Assembly: GCA_034670305.1 (NCBI GenBank)
Contig: JAXMNT010000004.1
Location: 96,001 to 160,000 of the forward strand
DNA: 64,000 bases
DNA from: Deltaproteobacteria bacterium
GTDB lineage: Bacteria; Myxococcota_A; Polyangia; Polyangiales; Houyiibacteriaceae
Direction: 5' to 3'
Part shown: piece by piece, positions 8,464 to 18,990 of the stretch
Position numbering within the stretch: the stretch's first letter is position 1
How the letters are laid out: each line of letters starts with the position of its first letter
Translations under genes and position numbers: made by a program
The notes under the pieces: model-generated
What the model was told of the DNA's origin: nothing
Seen by the model: only the letters and a program-made list of their open reading frames with translations
The model's database searches: none

Positions 8464-10806
8464 ATGACCGAAGAGACGCGAGACAACCACGACGCCACCG
8501 CGTCGACGAGCCCGGCTCCCGAGCCCGCCCCAAGCACCCCCACGCCCGCCGCATCTGCGAACGGGGATGGCGCACCTGCCAAATCGCCACCGAGCGAAGC
8601 GGCCAATGCACCTCCCGCCGCGACCGGTACGACGGACCGCGGCAGCACCGACGCATGGTCGGACACGCCAGCGGACGCCGAAGGCAACGCCCCCCCCGCG
8701 GGTGGAGAGGTGCGTCGACCGAAGCCGCCGCGCCGTCGCAAGGCAGCGCCGCCTCCGAACGCGCCGCCGGCCGGTGGCGACGTCGTCCGCGGTGAAGCCG
8801 CCGAGTGGTCGGACGCGCCCGCGGATGCGGAAGGCAACGCCCCGCCGCCCGACAGCGGTGACAGCGTGCGCGCGTCGACCAAGAAGAAGCGCAAGCGCAA
8901 GAAGAAGAAAAAGAAGAAGCCGGAGCATCAGCCGACCGGCGACCGCAAGCCGCAGGTCTTCTCGCACCTCTTCGACGGACAGCCCCGCTCCCACGCGTTC
9001 CGCGTCGGCGAAGTCGTGGCCGGCCGCGTGGACCGCGTGTCCGATGGCGCCATCGTCGTCGACCTCTTCGGCAAAGCGCTCGCGATCGTGGACGTCTACG
9101 AGCCGCACGAGATCGAAGCGACCGCCGACCCGGAAGCCACCGAGTCGACATCCGCGGGTGCGGTGGAAGCACCGGCCGCTGAAGCGACGCCCAATGCGAC
9201 TGACGCAGCCACACCGGATGCAGCCGCACCGGACGCAGCCGCACCAGCCGCCGCCACACCGGCCGCAGCACCGGATGCAGCCACACCGGATGCAGCCGCA
9301 CCAGCCGCCGCAGCAGCCACACCGGCACTCGACCCCGCCGCCGTGGCCGAAGCCGCCGCCAAGGACGCCGCCGCCGAACGCGCGGCCGCTGAAGAAGCCG
9401 ACGAAGCGGAAGCCGCCGTCGCGGCCGAAGCCGCGGACGACTCCGACGACGAGTCCGACGACGAGAACACCCCGACCGAAGCACCGGCTGCGGTCCAGGG
9501 TCCACCGCCAGAGCCCCCCGCGGTCGGCGCCATCTTTCGCGGCCGAGTGGGCGCCGTGGCCGAGAGTGGCCACATCGCCATCATCAACCGCAACATCGAT
9601 CGCCACGCCGCCAAGGCTGCGATCGCGGTCTCGCGCGACGCCCGCCAGCGGGTTCAGGGCGTGGTCTTCGGGTTCAACCGCGGTGGCTTCGACGTCATCG
9701 TGGAAGGCATCCGGACCTTCTGTCCCGCGAGCGGCATGAGCCTCGACCCGATCACCGACCCCGAGTCGTTCGTCGGTCAGAAGCTCGACTTCACCCTCCC
9801 GCCCAGCAAGGGCGGACGCAGCATCATCGTCAGCCGACGTGGCGTGCTCGAGCGCGAGATCCGCAAGGCCGCCCGCACTCGGCTCAAGTCGCTCAAGGTC
9901 GGCGAAGTCATCGAAGGCCCGGTCACCGAGATCCGCGACTACGGCCTGCTCGTCGCACTCGGCGACGGACTCGATGGCCTCGTGCACCAGAGCGAAGCCG
10001 CCTGGGGCCGTGGCACCCGCACCTTCGACGTCGCCAAGGTCGGCGACATCGTGAAGGTCGAAGTGCTCAAGGTACAGCCCGCGACCCGCAAGGATCGCAC
10101 CGGCCGCGTCTCGCTCTCCATGCGCAAGTGCCTGCCCGACCCCTGGGACGAACATCCCGACAAGGTCGCCGTGGGTTCCGTGGTCAAGGGCAAGGTCACC
10201 CGCACTGCCGAGTTCGGCGCGTTCGTAGAGATCGCCCCGGGCATCGAAGGACTGCTGCACATCACGGAGCTCGGCAACAAACTCGCCCACGCCAAGGAAG
10301 CTGTGCGCGAGGGCGAAGAGATCGACGTGATGGTCGAGCGGGTCGACCGCGAGCAGCGCCGTCTGAGCCTCTCGAAACTCTCGAAGTCCGACCTCGAAGC
10401 CATCGCCAGCGGCGAGTTCGACCCCACCATCGCGCGCTCCCTCAAGGTCGGCGCGATCGTGACGGTCATCATCGAGCGCGTGGAACACCACGGCATGCTC
10501 GCCCACGTGAAGGGTGTCGTCGGCAAACGCGGCCGCGCGTACATTCCGGGGCGCGAACTCCTCGAGGACGAAGGTCCGAAGATGGGTCCGCGCGGACGCA
10601 AGCGCGCCAAACCGATCGGAGCCGGCTCCGAGGTTCAGGTGAAGGTCATCGGCACCGACCGCGACGGACAGCTGCGCTGCTCCATCAAGGGCAAGGTCCG
10701 AGACGAAGAGCGGAAGGCCGTGAAGGACTACCGCACCGAGGCCGCCAAACAGGGGGGCTTCGGCACCTTCGGCGACCTGCTCAAGGCCAAGATCGGCGAC
10801 GACTGA
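8464..10806 (+). CDS. Multi-S1-domain RNA-binding protein (ribosomal protein S1-like)
   Basis: Several S1 repeats (GKVTRTAEFGAFVEIAPGIEGLLHITEL; RVSLSMR; RRLSLS), C-terminal GGFGTFGDLLKAK; long disordered N-terminus. Could be an rpsA paralog, so no symbol given. Confidence 0.88.
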   Translation: MTEETRDNHDATASTSPAPEPAPSTPTPAASANGDGAPAKSPPSEAANAPPAATGTTDRGSTDAWSDTPADAEGNAPPAGGEVRRPKPPRRRKAAPPPNAPPAGGDVVRGEAAEWSDAPADAEGNAPPPDSGDSVRASTKKKRKRKKKKKKKPEHQPTGDRKPQVFSHLFDGQPRSHAFRVGEVVAGRVDRVSDGAIVVDLFGKALAIVDVYEPHEIEATADPEATESTSAGAVEAPAAEATPNATDAATPDAAAPDAAAPAAATPAAAPDAATPDAAAPAAAAATPALDPAAVAEAAAKDAAAERAAAEEADEAEAAVAAEAADDSDDESDDENTPTEAPAAVQGPPPEPPAVGAIFRGRVGAVAESGHIAIINRNIDRHAAKAAIAVSRDARQRVQGVVFGFNRGGFDVIVEGIRTFCPASGMSLDPITDPESFVGQKLDFTLPPSKGGRSIIVSRRGVLEREIRKAARTRLKSLKVGEVIEGPVTEIRDYGLLVALGDGLDGLVHQSEAAWGRGTRTFDVAKVGDIVKVEVLKVQPATRKDRTGRVSLSMRKCLPDPWDEHPDKVAVGSVVKGKVTRTAEFGAFVEIAPGIEGLLHITELGNKLAHAKEAVREGEEIDVMVERVDREQRRLSLSKLSKSDLEAIASGEFDPTIARSLKVGAIVTVIIERVEHHGMLAHVKGVVGKRGRAYIPGRELLEDEGPKMGPRGRKRAKPIGAGSEVQVKVIGTDRDGQLRCSIKGKVRDEERKAVKDYRTEAAKQGGFGTFGDLLKAKIGDD

Positions 10807-10898
10807 CGGTCTTCGGCGTGCGCGCCGAAAGACTGCGCTTCGATCTTGCCGCGGGACGACCGCGGTGTTATCGAAGCACCCCGCTTTCGAGCGGACCC

Positions 10899-10973
10899 GG
10901 GCGATTAACTCAGTGGTAGAGTGCCTTCTTCACACGGAGGAAGTCCGCAGTTCAAATCTGCGATCGCCCACCA
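10899..10973 (+). tRNA. tRNA-Val (anticodon CAC)
   Basis: Cloverleaf: GGGCGAT/ATCGCCC acceptor, ACTC/GAGT D-stem, CCTTC-TTCACAC-GGAGG anticodon arm, CGCAG-TTCAAAT-CTGCG T-arm, encoded CCA. Confidence 0.96.
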
Positions 10974-10976
10974 GAA

Positions 10977-11016
10977 ACGATGCCGAAACCGCCCACCGGT
11001 TTCGGCATCGTCGTTT
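10977..11016 (+). terminator. Rho-independent terminator after tRNA-Val
   Basis: ACGATGCCGAAACC / GGTTTCGGCATCGT inverted repeat followed by CGTTT. Confidence 0.7.
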
Positions 11017-11049
11017 GTGGCACAGACGAACCGAACGTAGGCTTCGCCG

Positions 11050-11823
11050 ATGGGAACCTCGCCGGCGCGAACCAGCCTTGTCCTCCTCGTGCTCCTCGTC
11101 GCGTGCGCGGGGAACGCCGAAGAGACGACCCCGGCCCCCGTCGAGCCGAGCACGGGTGCTGCGGCAGAGTCCGATGCAGCGTCTGAAGAGGGTGTCGATG
11201 CGGTGCTCATCGGCTGTGTGGGGCGTGGCTGCGACGGTCTGGTCGGTGCCCTCGATCAACCGCCCACGCCCCCGCCCCGCGAGCGGCCGGCCGAGGTCTT
11301 GCCCGAGCGGCGCATCCCAGCGGCCACCACGACAACGCGCCCCGCCGGTCTGCAGGCCGCGGCGGCGCTCTACGCCGAACTCGACACCCAGCCCATCGGC
11401 TCGAACGTCGCGGCCGCGACGCTGACCGATGCGGTGGGGCTGCTTCGCGACCAAGTGGCGGAGGCGTCCGTCCTCTTGGCCCGGCTGAACGCGGCCTGCG
11501 ACCTCGCCGCGACCCAAGACACCGCGCTCGCGCCCGAGGCGGAAACGCTGAAGGCCGATGGATACGATCTGTTGGCGGGGCGGCTCACGGACGCCCCCTT
11601 CGTGGTGCCGACCGATCTCGAAGGGCGGATCCAGGAGCTCTCCCCTGACGATCAAGCGAACCTTCGGGTCGAAGTCCTCTCGCGGGTGCGCGAAGTGCTC
11701 AGAGTGCAAGCCGCGCCCCTGTTCTGCGACGCCGCCCGCACGTACCGCTCGGCTGGCACACCACGCGCGTCCGAACAGCTGGGCGCTTACGGAAACGCGC
11801 TCTTGCTCCACTGCGGCTTGTGA
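11050..11823 (+). CDS. Hypothetical lipoprotein
   Basis: Signal peptide with lipobox LVAC; helical C-terminal part. Confidence 0.7.
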   Translation: MGTSPARTSLVLLVLLVACAGNAEETTPAPVEPSTGAAAESDAASEEGVDAVLIGCVGRGCDGLVGALDQPPTPPPRERPAEVLPERRIPAATTTTRPAGLQAAAALYAELDTQPIGSNVAAATLTDAVGLLRDQVAEASVLLARLNAACDLAATQDTALAPEAETLKADGYDLLAGRLTDAPFVVPTDLEGRIQELSPDDQANLRVEVLSRVREVLRVQAAPLFCDAARTYRSAGTPRASEQLGAYGNALLLHCGL

Positions 11824-11847
11824 ACGAGGCGACACAGAACGCACTCT

Positions 11848-11925
11848 TGGTCCATCGTCGACCTCGGGGCGGGGGATGAACACACCTGCGCGGTGACCGA
11901 CGCAGGCGACGTGTACTGGGGGTGA
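11848..11925 (+). pseudogene. Remnant of an RCC1/BLIP-II repeat
   Basis: Translates WSIVDLGAGDEHTCAVTDAGDVYWG*, matching the RCC1 repeat pattern (AG..HTCA....G.V.CWG) but lacking the Cys before WG; no start codon. Confidence 0.55.
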
Positions 11926-12012
11926 AGGCACGCTCGTGCCTACGCTGGTACCGGGCCTCTAACTGGCGGCTGCCCCGCAGCTGGGTTTGCCGCCGTGGTA
12001 TGCTGACCCCTG

Positions 12013-13230
12013 GTGGAGAGAACCTGGGGTCACAACGCGTGGGGCGCGCATCTCTCTTGGATGCTGTGCTGTCTCTGCGTCAGCGCCTGCGCCAGTGACG
12101 CTCCGCGACTCGTCGTGGACCTGCGGACCGACTACGTCGCCGGGGTCGAGTTCGACACGGTGCGGGTGCAGCTTGGGGATGCGTTGGCTTCCCGCACGTT
12201 CGGTCTCGGCGACCGGGACCGCAGCGCGCACCGCATCACGGAGTTCCAGGTCGGGTCCGGGGACCACGCGCTCGAGGTGGCGCTCTTCGCGCCGAACGGC
12301 GAGCGGCTGCTGAACCGGCACGTGACGGCGTCCGTGCGCAGCAGCGACGTGTCGATCACCGTCGTGGTCAGCCGCGCGTGCGAAGACGTCGCGTGCGGCG
12401 CCGCCGAGAGCTGCCTGGGCGGCCGCTGTGTCCCGAGGACGTGTTTGCGGGGCGACGAACCGGAGTGCCCGATGCCGCAGTGCGAGGGCGACAGCGACTG
12501 CGACGGCGCCGGGCTCTCGATGTGTGCACGCCCGTTGTGTGAAGCGGGCGTGTGCCTCGTAGGCGGCGCCACCCCGTGCGCCACGGACGAGTACTGCGAC
12601 GTCGCCGCGGGCTGCGTCCCGCTCCCCGACTCCGGTGACGCCGGCGCGGCCGACGCAGGCGCGGATGCAGGTGTGGCGGACGCGGGTGTGGCGGACGCTG
12701 CATCGGATGCCCAGCCGGACGCGCCGGTCGAAGACGCAGGTCCCCTCGGCTGCACACCCGGCGTCGACTGTTCCATCGACTGCACCGACGTGGACGCGTG
12801 GCCGGCGGCGTGGGTCGACCAAGAGAACATCGCGCTCAACGACATGAACGTGCACCGCACCGACGGGGCCGCGTGCGGTGGAGCCCCAGCCGACCCGGTC
12901 CCAGTGCTCACCCTGCCCGACACCCTTCGAGTGGCAGCCCGCTGCCACAGCCAGGACATGGCCGAGAACGAGTTCTTCGGTCACGCCGGCTCCGACGGCA
13001 GCACCTTCCCCGAACGCATGGAAGCGGCCGGCTACCTAGGCGCGGCGGTGGCCGAGAACGTCGGCGCGGCGCGGACGGGGGGCAGCGCGATGATCGCTGG
13101 GTGGATGGAGAGCGAACCGCACTGCCTCAACATCATGCGTGAGATGCCGCGCCAGGTCGGGATCGGTTTCTACCCCCGGGACGGTTCGGTATTCGGTTCG
13201 TACTGGACCGCGGTGTTCGGGGCCCGATGA
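12013..13230 (+). CDS. Cys-rich lipoprotein with C-terminal CAP (SCP/PR-1) domain
   Basis: Lipobox-like VSAC; Cys-rich repeats; DAG linker; CAP motifs AARCHSQDM, HAGSDG, AENVG, WMESEPH, GIG, YWTAVFG; start uncertain. Confidence 0.85.
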   Translation: MERTWGHNAWGAHLSWMLCCLCVSACASDAPRLVVDLRTDYVAGVEFDTVRVQLGDALASRTFGLGDRDRSAHRITEFQVGSGDHALEVALFAPNGERLLNRHVTASVRSSDVSITVVVSRACEDVACGAAESCLGGRCVPRTCLRGDEPECPMPQCEGDSDCDGAGLSMCARPLCEAGVCLVGGATPCATDEYCDVAAGCVPLPDSGDAGAADAGADAGVADAGVADAASDAQPDAPVEDAGPLGCTPGVDCSIDCTDVDAWPAAWVDQENIALNDMNVHRTDGAACGGAPADPVPVLTLPDTLRVAARCHSQDMAENEFFGHAGSDGSTFPERMEAAGYLGAAVAENVGAARTGGSAMIAGWMESEPHCLNIMREMPRQVGIGFYPRDGSVFGSYWTAVFGAR

Positions 13231-14354
13231 GAACTGCGACCGCTGTCTTCTGGGTGTGCCTGCTCGGCTGCAGCAGCGGCTCCGCGGAGTTGGTGATCGA
13301 CCTCCGAACGGACTTCGTGGCGGGCGTCGAATTCGACCGCGCGCGGGTCCAAGTCGGCGCCGAGCGGTTGGAGGTCGCCTTCGACCCGTCGGTGAGGTCG
13401 CGGCTCGCCCACCGGGTGGCGGAACTGGATGTCTCGCCGGGCGACTACGCGGTGGAGGTGGCGCTCGTCGCCCCGGGCGGCGAGACGCTCGTGGTGCGCG
13501 ACGTGAGCGTGAGCGTTCGATCGGATCTCGCCGTCACGTTGGTCATCACCCGCGCGTGCGAGAACGTGACCTGCGGGCTCGGCGAGAGCTGCCTCGGCGG
13601 CGAGTGTGTGCCGGGCGCGTGCATTCGGGGCGACGAACCGAGCTGTCCCGAACCGCAGTGCACCGTGGACACCGACTGCATGGGCGCAGCGGCGGACTGC
13701 GCCGAGCCACGCTGCGAGTTCGGCGTGTGTGTGCTCGCGCCCACCGGCACCTGCGAGACGGCCGCGTACTGCGACCCGAACTTCGGCTGCACCATCCTTC
13801 CAGGAACGGACGCTGGTCCGATGGACGCCGGTGCCGATGCAGGGAGCGACGCAGGCGTGGACGCCGGCATCGTGTGCAGACCGACGATCGATTGTGCGAT
13901 CGACTGCAGCGACTTCGACGCGTGGCCAGCCGACTGGGCCGCAGAAGAGATGCGCGCGCTCGACGAGATGAACCGCTTCCGAACCGAAGGCGCGCTGTGC
14001 GAAGGGGTCGACCTACCCCCGAGGGCTCCGGTCGTCATGGACCGGGCCATCCGGATCTCCGCCCGGTGCCACGCCCAGGACATGGCGGAGAATGGCTTCT
14101 TCAACGACATCGGCACGGACGGTCGGAGTTCGATCACGCGGTTCCGGGACACGGGCTTCGACGGCTTGCGCGATCGCGAACTCAGCAGCCAGAGCCGGCG
14201 CGAAGGCGCCGAGTGGATACAGCACATGATGGGGCTGGTCCACTGCGGCGCCGTGATGTCCGAGGACGCGACCCACATCGGCATCGGGCGCTACAACGTC
14301 GAAGGCGACGACGTGATTCTCTGGAACGCGCCGATGGGCAAACCCCGCCCGTAG
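13227..14354 (+). CDS. Cys-rich lipoprotein with diverged CAP domain (tandem paralog)
   Basis: Lipobox LLGC; same architecture as the upstream gene (DLRTDFVAGVEFD, CIRGDEPSC, ARCHAQDM); ATGA overlap. Confidence 0.82.
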   Translation: MRTATAVFWVCLLGCSSGSAELVIDLRTDFVAGVEFDRARVQVGAERLEVAFDPSVRSRLAHRVAELDVSPGDYAVEVALVAPGGETLVVRDVSVSVRSDLAVTLVITRACENVTCGLGESCLGGECVPGACIRGDEPSCPEPQCTVDTDCMGAAADCAEPRCEFGVCVLAPTGTCETAAYCDPNFGCTILPGTDAGPMDAGADAGSDAGVDAGIVCRPTIDCAIDCSDFDAWPADWAAEEMRALDEMNRFRTEGALCEGVDLPPRAPVVMDRAIRISARCHAQDMAENGFFNDIGTDGRSSITRFRDTGFDGLRDRELSSQSRREGAEWIQHMMGLVHCGAVMSEDATHIGIGRYNVEGDDVILWNAPMGKPRP

Positions 14355-14373
14355 TTCGAGTGACTCCGAAACG

Positions 14374-15261
14374 TCAGAGGACGTTCTGGACTTGTTCGCG
14401 CAGCCGCTCCACATCCGCTTTCATCTCTACGACGATGCGGGTCACTTCGACTTCTGGCGTCTTGGAGCCGAGGGTGTTCACTTCGCGCGCCATCTCCTGC
14501 AGCAAGAAGTCGAGTTTGCGTCCGTGGGTGGGCCCCGTGCCCTGCATCAACTCGTCGAATTGATTGCAGTGGCTGGTCAGCCGGGTGAGCTCTTCGGCCA
14601 CGTCGGTGCGTTCTGCAAAGAGCGCGACCTCGTGTTCGAGGCGCGCCTCGTCCAGGGGCACCGAACGGTCCTCCAGCAGCGTCTGGATCCGTTCGCGCAG
14701 CCGCTGCCGATGGTGGTCGACGATCGTCGGCTGAATCACGCGCACCTGGGCGAGCTTCGCCCGCACCTGCTCGAGGCGTCCGCCGAGATCCTCCGCGAGC
14801 GCGCGCCCTTCCCTCAGACGCATCGCGTCCAGGGCGTCGCACGCTTGACGGGTCGCTTGCAGCACCGCTTCCCGGATCTCTTCCCCACCCCGGGCGGTGC
14901 CCGCCTGAAAGAGCCCCGGTACGCTGGACAGCAGTCCGAACGGCACGTCTTCGCCCGGGGAGATCTCGTCGCGCAGCGCGCGCAGCTGTTCGAGGGCCGC
15001 CTTGGCGAGCGCGGTGTCGAGCCGCGGCGGCAACTCCACGCGCCCGTCGGTCGTCCCGGACAGCTCGATGCGACCCCGCTGCACGCGCTTGCGCACGAGC
15101 GCCTCGACCTCGGGCGCGTGCTCGGCGATCGAGCTCGGCAGGTGCACGCGAACATCGAGGAACCGGTGGTTCACCGCCCGCGCGCCAACCGAGATCTTCA
15201 CGGACTGGCCGGCGATGTCCACGACCGCATCCCCACCGCCGTACCCGGTCATCGATCGCAC
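14374..15261 (-). CDS. yicC: YicC/YloC family endoribonuclease
   Basis: RSMTGYG, VNHRFLD, DVAEELTRL, GRKLDFLLQEMAREVNTLGSK, REQVQNV. Confidence 0.93.
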   Translation of the reverse strand: MRSMTGYGGGDAVVDIAGQSVKISVGARAVNHRFLDVRVHLPSSIAEHAPEVEALVRKRVQRGRIELSGTTDGRVELPPRLDTALAKAALEQLRALRDEISPGEDVPFGLLSSVPGLFQAGTARGGEEIREAVLQATRQACDALDAMRLREGRALAEDLGGRLEQVRAKLAQVRVIQPTIVDHHRQRLRERIQTLLEDRSVPLDEARLEHEVALFAERTDVAEELTRLTSHCNQFDELMQGTGPTHGRKLDFLLQEMAREVNTLGSKTPEVEVTRIVVEMKADVERLREQVQNVL

Positions 15262-15325
15262 CCTCAGACGAGTAACACGACCCAGCCCCCGAGGGTCGTG
15301 AGCAGCGCCACACATGGCGCTGCTC

Positions 15326-15463
15326 CCCTTGCCCTTGCCCTTGCCTTTGCCCTTGCCCGTGCCGAAGCCGAAGCCGAATCCGAAGCCGAATCCGAATCCG
15401 AAGCCGAATCCGAAGCCGACCCCGACCCCGATCCCGACCCCGACCCCCGACCCGACCCCGACC
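15326..15463. repeat. Mosaic hexamer tandem repeat (CCCTTG -> GCCGAA/TCCGAA -> CCCGAC)
   Basis: Direct reading; preceded by hairpin AGCAGCGCC/GGCGCTGCT at 15301-15324. Confidence 0.9.
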
Positions 15464-15527
15464 TCGCTACCACGAAGGCCGATCCCGTGGCCCGTGCCCG
15501 GAATCAGAATCCGATTCCGGGCGAACC

Positions 15528-17545
<2,018 letters not shown>

Positions 17546-17549
<4 letters not shown>

Positions 17550-18151
17550 CCCAGGAGAGATTCGGCGCGCGGCGCGAGCCGGGTGCGGCGACACATCTCC
17601 GCCCGCACGATGCCAGTGAGCTCGTTGAGCGCTTGCTGCAGGTCGTCGTTCACGACCAGGTAGTCGAAGAACGGGTAGTGCTCGATCTCGACCTTCGCCT
17701 TCGCGAAGCGAAGGTCGAGGATCTCTTGCGACTCGGTGCCGCGCGACTCGAGCCGGCGGCGCAGCTCCTCCATGCTCGGCGGCAGGATGAACACGCCGAT
17801 CGCTTCGGGGAACTTCGCGCGGATCTGACGTGCCCCCTGGTAGTCCACGTCGAAGAGCAGCGCCATCTTGCCCGCGTCTTTGGCGCGCGTGATCTCGCTG
17901 ACCGCGGTTCCGTACAAGTTGGAGTGCACCGCGGCCCACTCGGCGAAATCGCCCCGCTCGACGCGCTCGCGAAACTCGGCCTCGTCGACGAAGTGGTAGT
18001 CCTGGCCATCCACTTCGTTGGGGCGCGGTTTGCGCGTGGTGTGGGAGACGGAGAACCCGATGGCCTTGTCGAAGTCGCGCAAGAGCCGGTGGGTCAGCGT
18101 CGTCTTGCCCGCGCCGGAGGGCGAGCTGAGGATCAGGAGGAGAGGATCCAC
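17546..18151 (-). CDS. gmk: Guanylate kinase
   Basis: SSPSGAGKTT P-loop, SVSHTTRKPRPNEVDGQDYHF, NLYGT, DVDYQGA, FILPPS. Confidence 0.97.
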
Positions 18152-18236
18152 GGTGCAACCGGTCTACCACGCGGCGCCGCTGGGGGCATCGGCATTCCGG
18201 AGGGAGGCGGACTGGGCGCAGGTCGTACCAAGCCGT

Positions 18237-18785
18237 GTGCACAGCCAAGTGATTCTGCTTCTCCTCGCGTCCGCGTTCCTCTCGGTGCCGGCCCTCGCCC
18301 TCGCCCAAACCGGCGAAGTGCCCGAGCCTCCCCAGCAGCGGTCCGCACTCGACCAAGAACTGTCCGAAGTCGAACGCGCGCTGGCGCACGACGGCGTCAC
18401 CCGATCTCCGATGGGCGAAGAGGTCCCGTGCTGTGCGCTGGCCCAGCCCGAGCTCGATCTGGAGACCCAGCGCGAACTGCAGCTCGAGCAGGAGTGGCTG
18501 GAGGAGTACGTCGGGCTTCGCCCGGGCGCGCGCATCGTCGGCGGCTTTGCACTCGGCGCGATTGGCCTGCTCAGCATCGTCGGCTCGACGATCTTGCTGC
18601 GCGACGACTACGTGGGGACGGAGCCCTACGCCGCGCTCGCGATCGTCAGCGGGGTCATCGCACTCGCCGGACTGCGGCTGGTGATCTCCGGTCGCAAACA
18701 AGCGGAGCGACGCCGCGAGTTGCGCGGGCTGCTGCGGCCGCGCGGCTGGTTGGCGTACGCGCCGGGGCGCGGCCTGGTGTTCTAG
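18237..18785 (+). CDS. Hypothetical membrane protein
   Basis: Signal peptide and two C-terminal TM segments; start approximate. Confidence 0.6.
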   Translation: MHSQVILLLLASAFLSVPALALAQTGEVPEPPQQRSALDQELSEVERALAHDGVTRSPMGEEVPCCALAQPELDLETQRELQLEQEWLEEYVGLRPGARIVGGFALGAIGLLSIVGSTILLRDDYVGTEPYAALAIVSGVIALAGLRLVISGRKQAERRRELRGLLRPRGWLAYAPGRGLVF

Positions 18786-18798
18786 TCCGAAAGCTGTC

Positions 18799-18978
18799 GC
18801 CGAATCCGAAGCCCGAAGCCGATGCCGATGCCGATGCCGATGCCGACGCCGAAGCCGAAGCCGATGCCGATGCCGATGCCGATGCCGATGCCGATGCCGA
18901 TGCCGATGCCGATGCCGACGCCGAAGCCGACGCCCGCCGATGCCGACGCCGACGCAGGAACCGACGCCGGAACCGACC
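18799..18978. repeat. Hexamer tract (GCCGAT/GCCGAA/GCCGAC)n
   Basis: Direct reading; between convergent genes. Confidence 0.92.
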
Positions 18979-18990
18979 CCGCTCAAGCGC

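Noticed and set aside
11821-11925. Stop-codon readthrough joining the lipoprotein to the in-frame RCC1 fragment
   Set aside because: The frame match has a 1-in-3 chance, the fragment is a single incomplete repeat, and no recoding signal is evident
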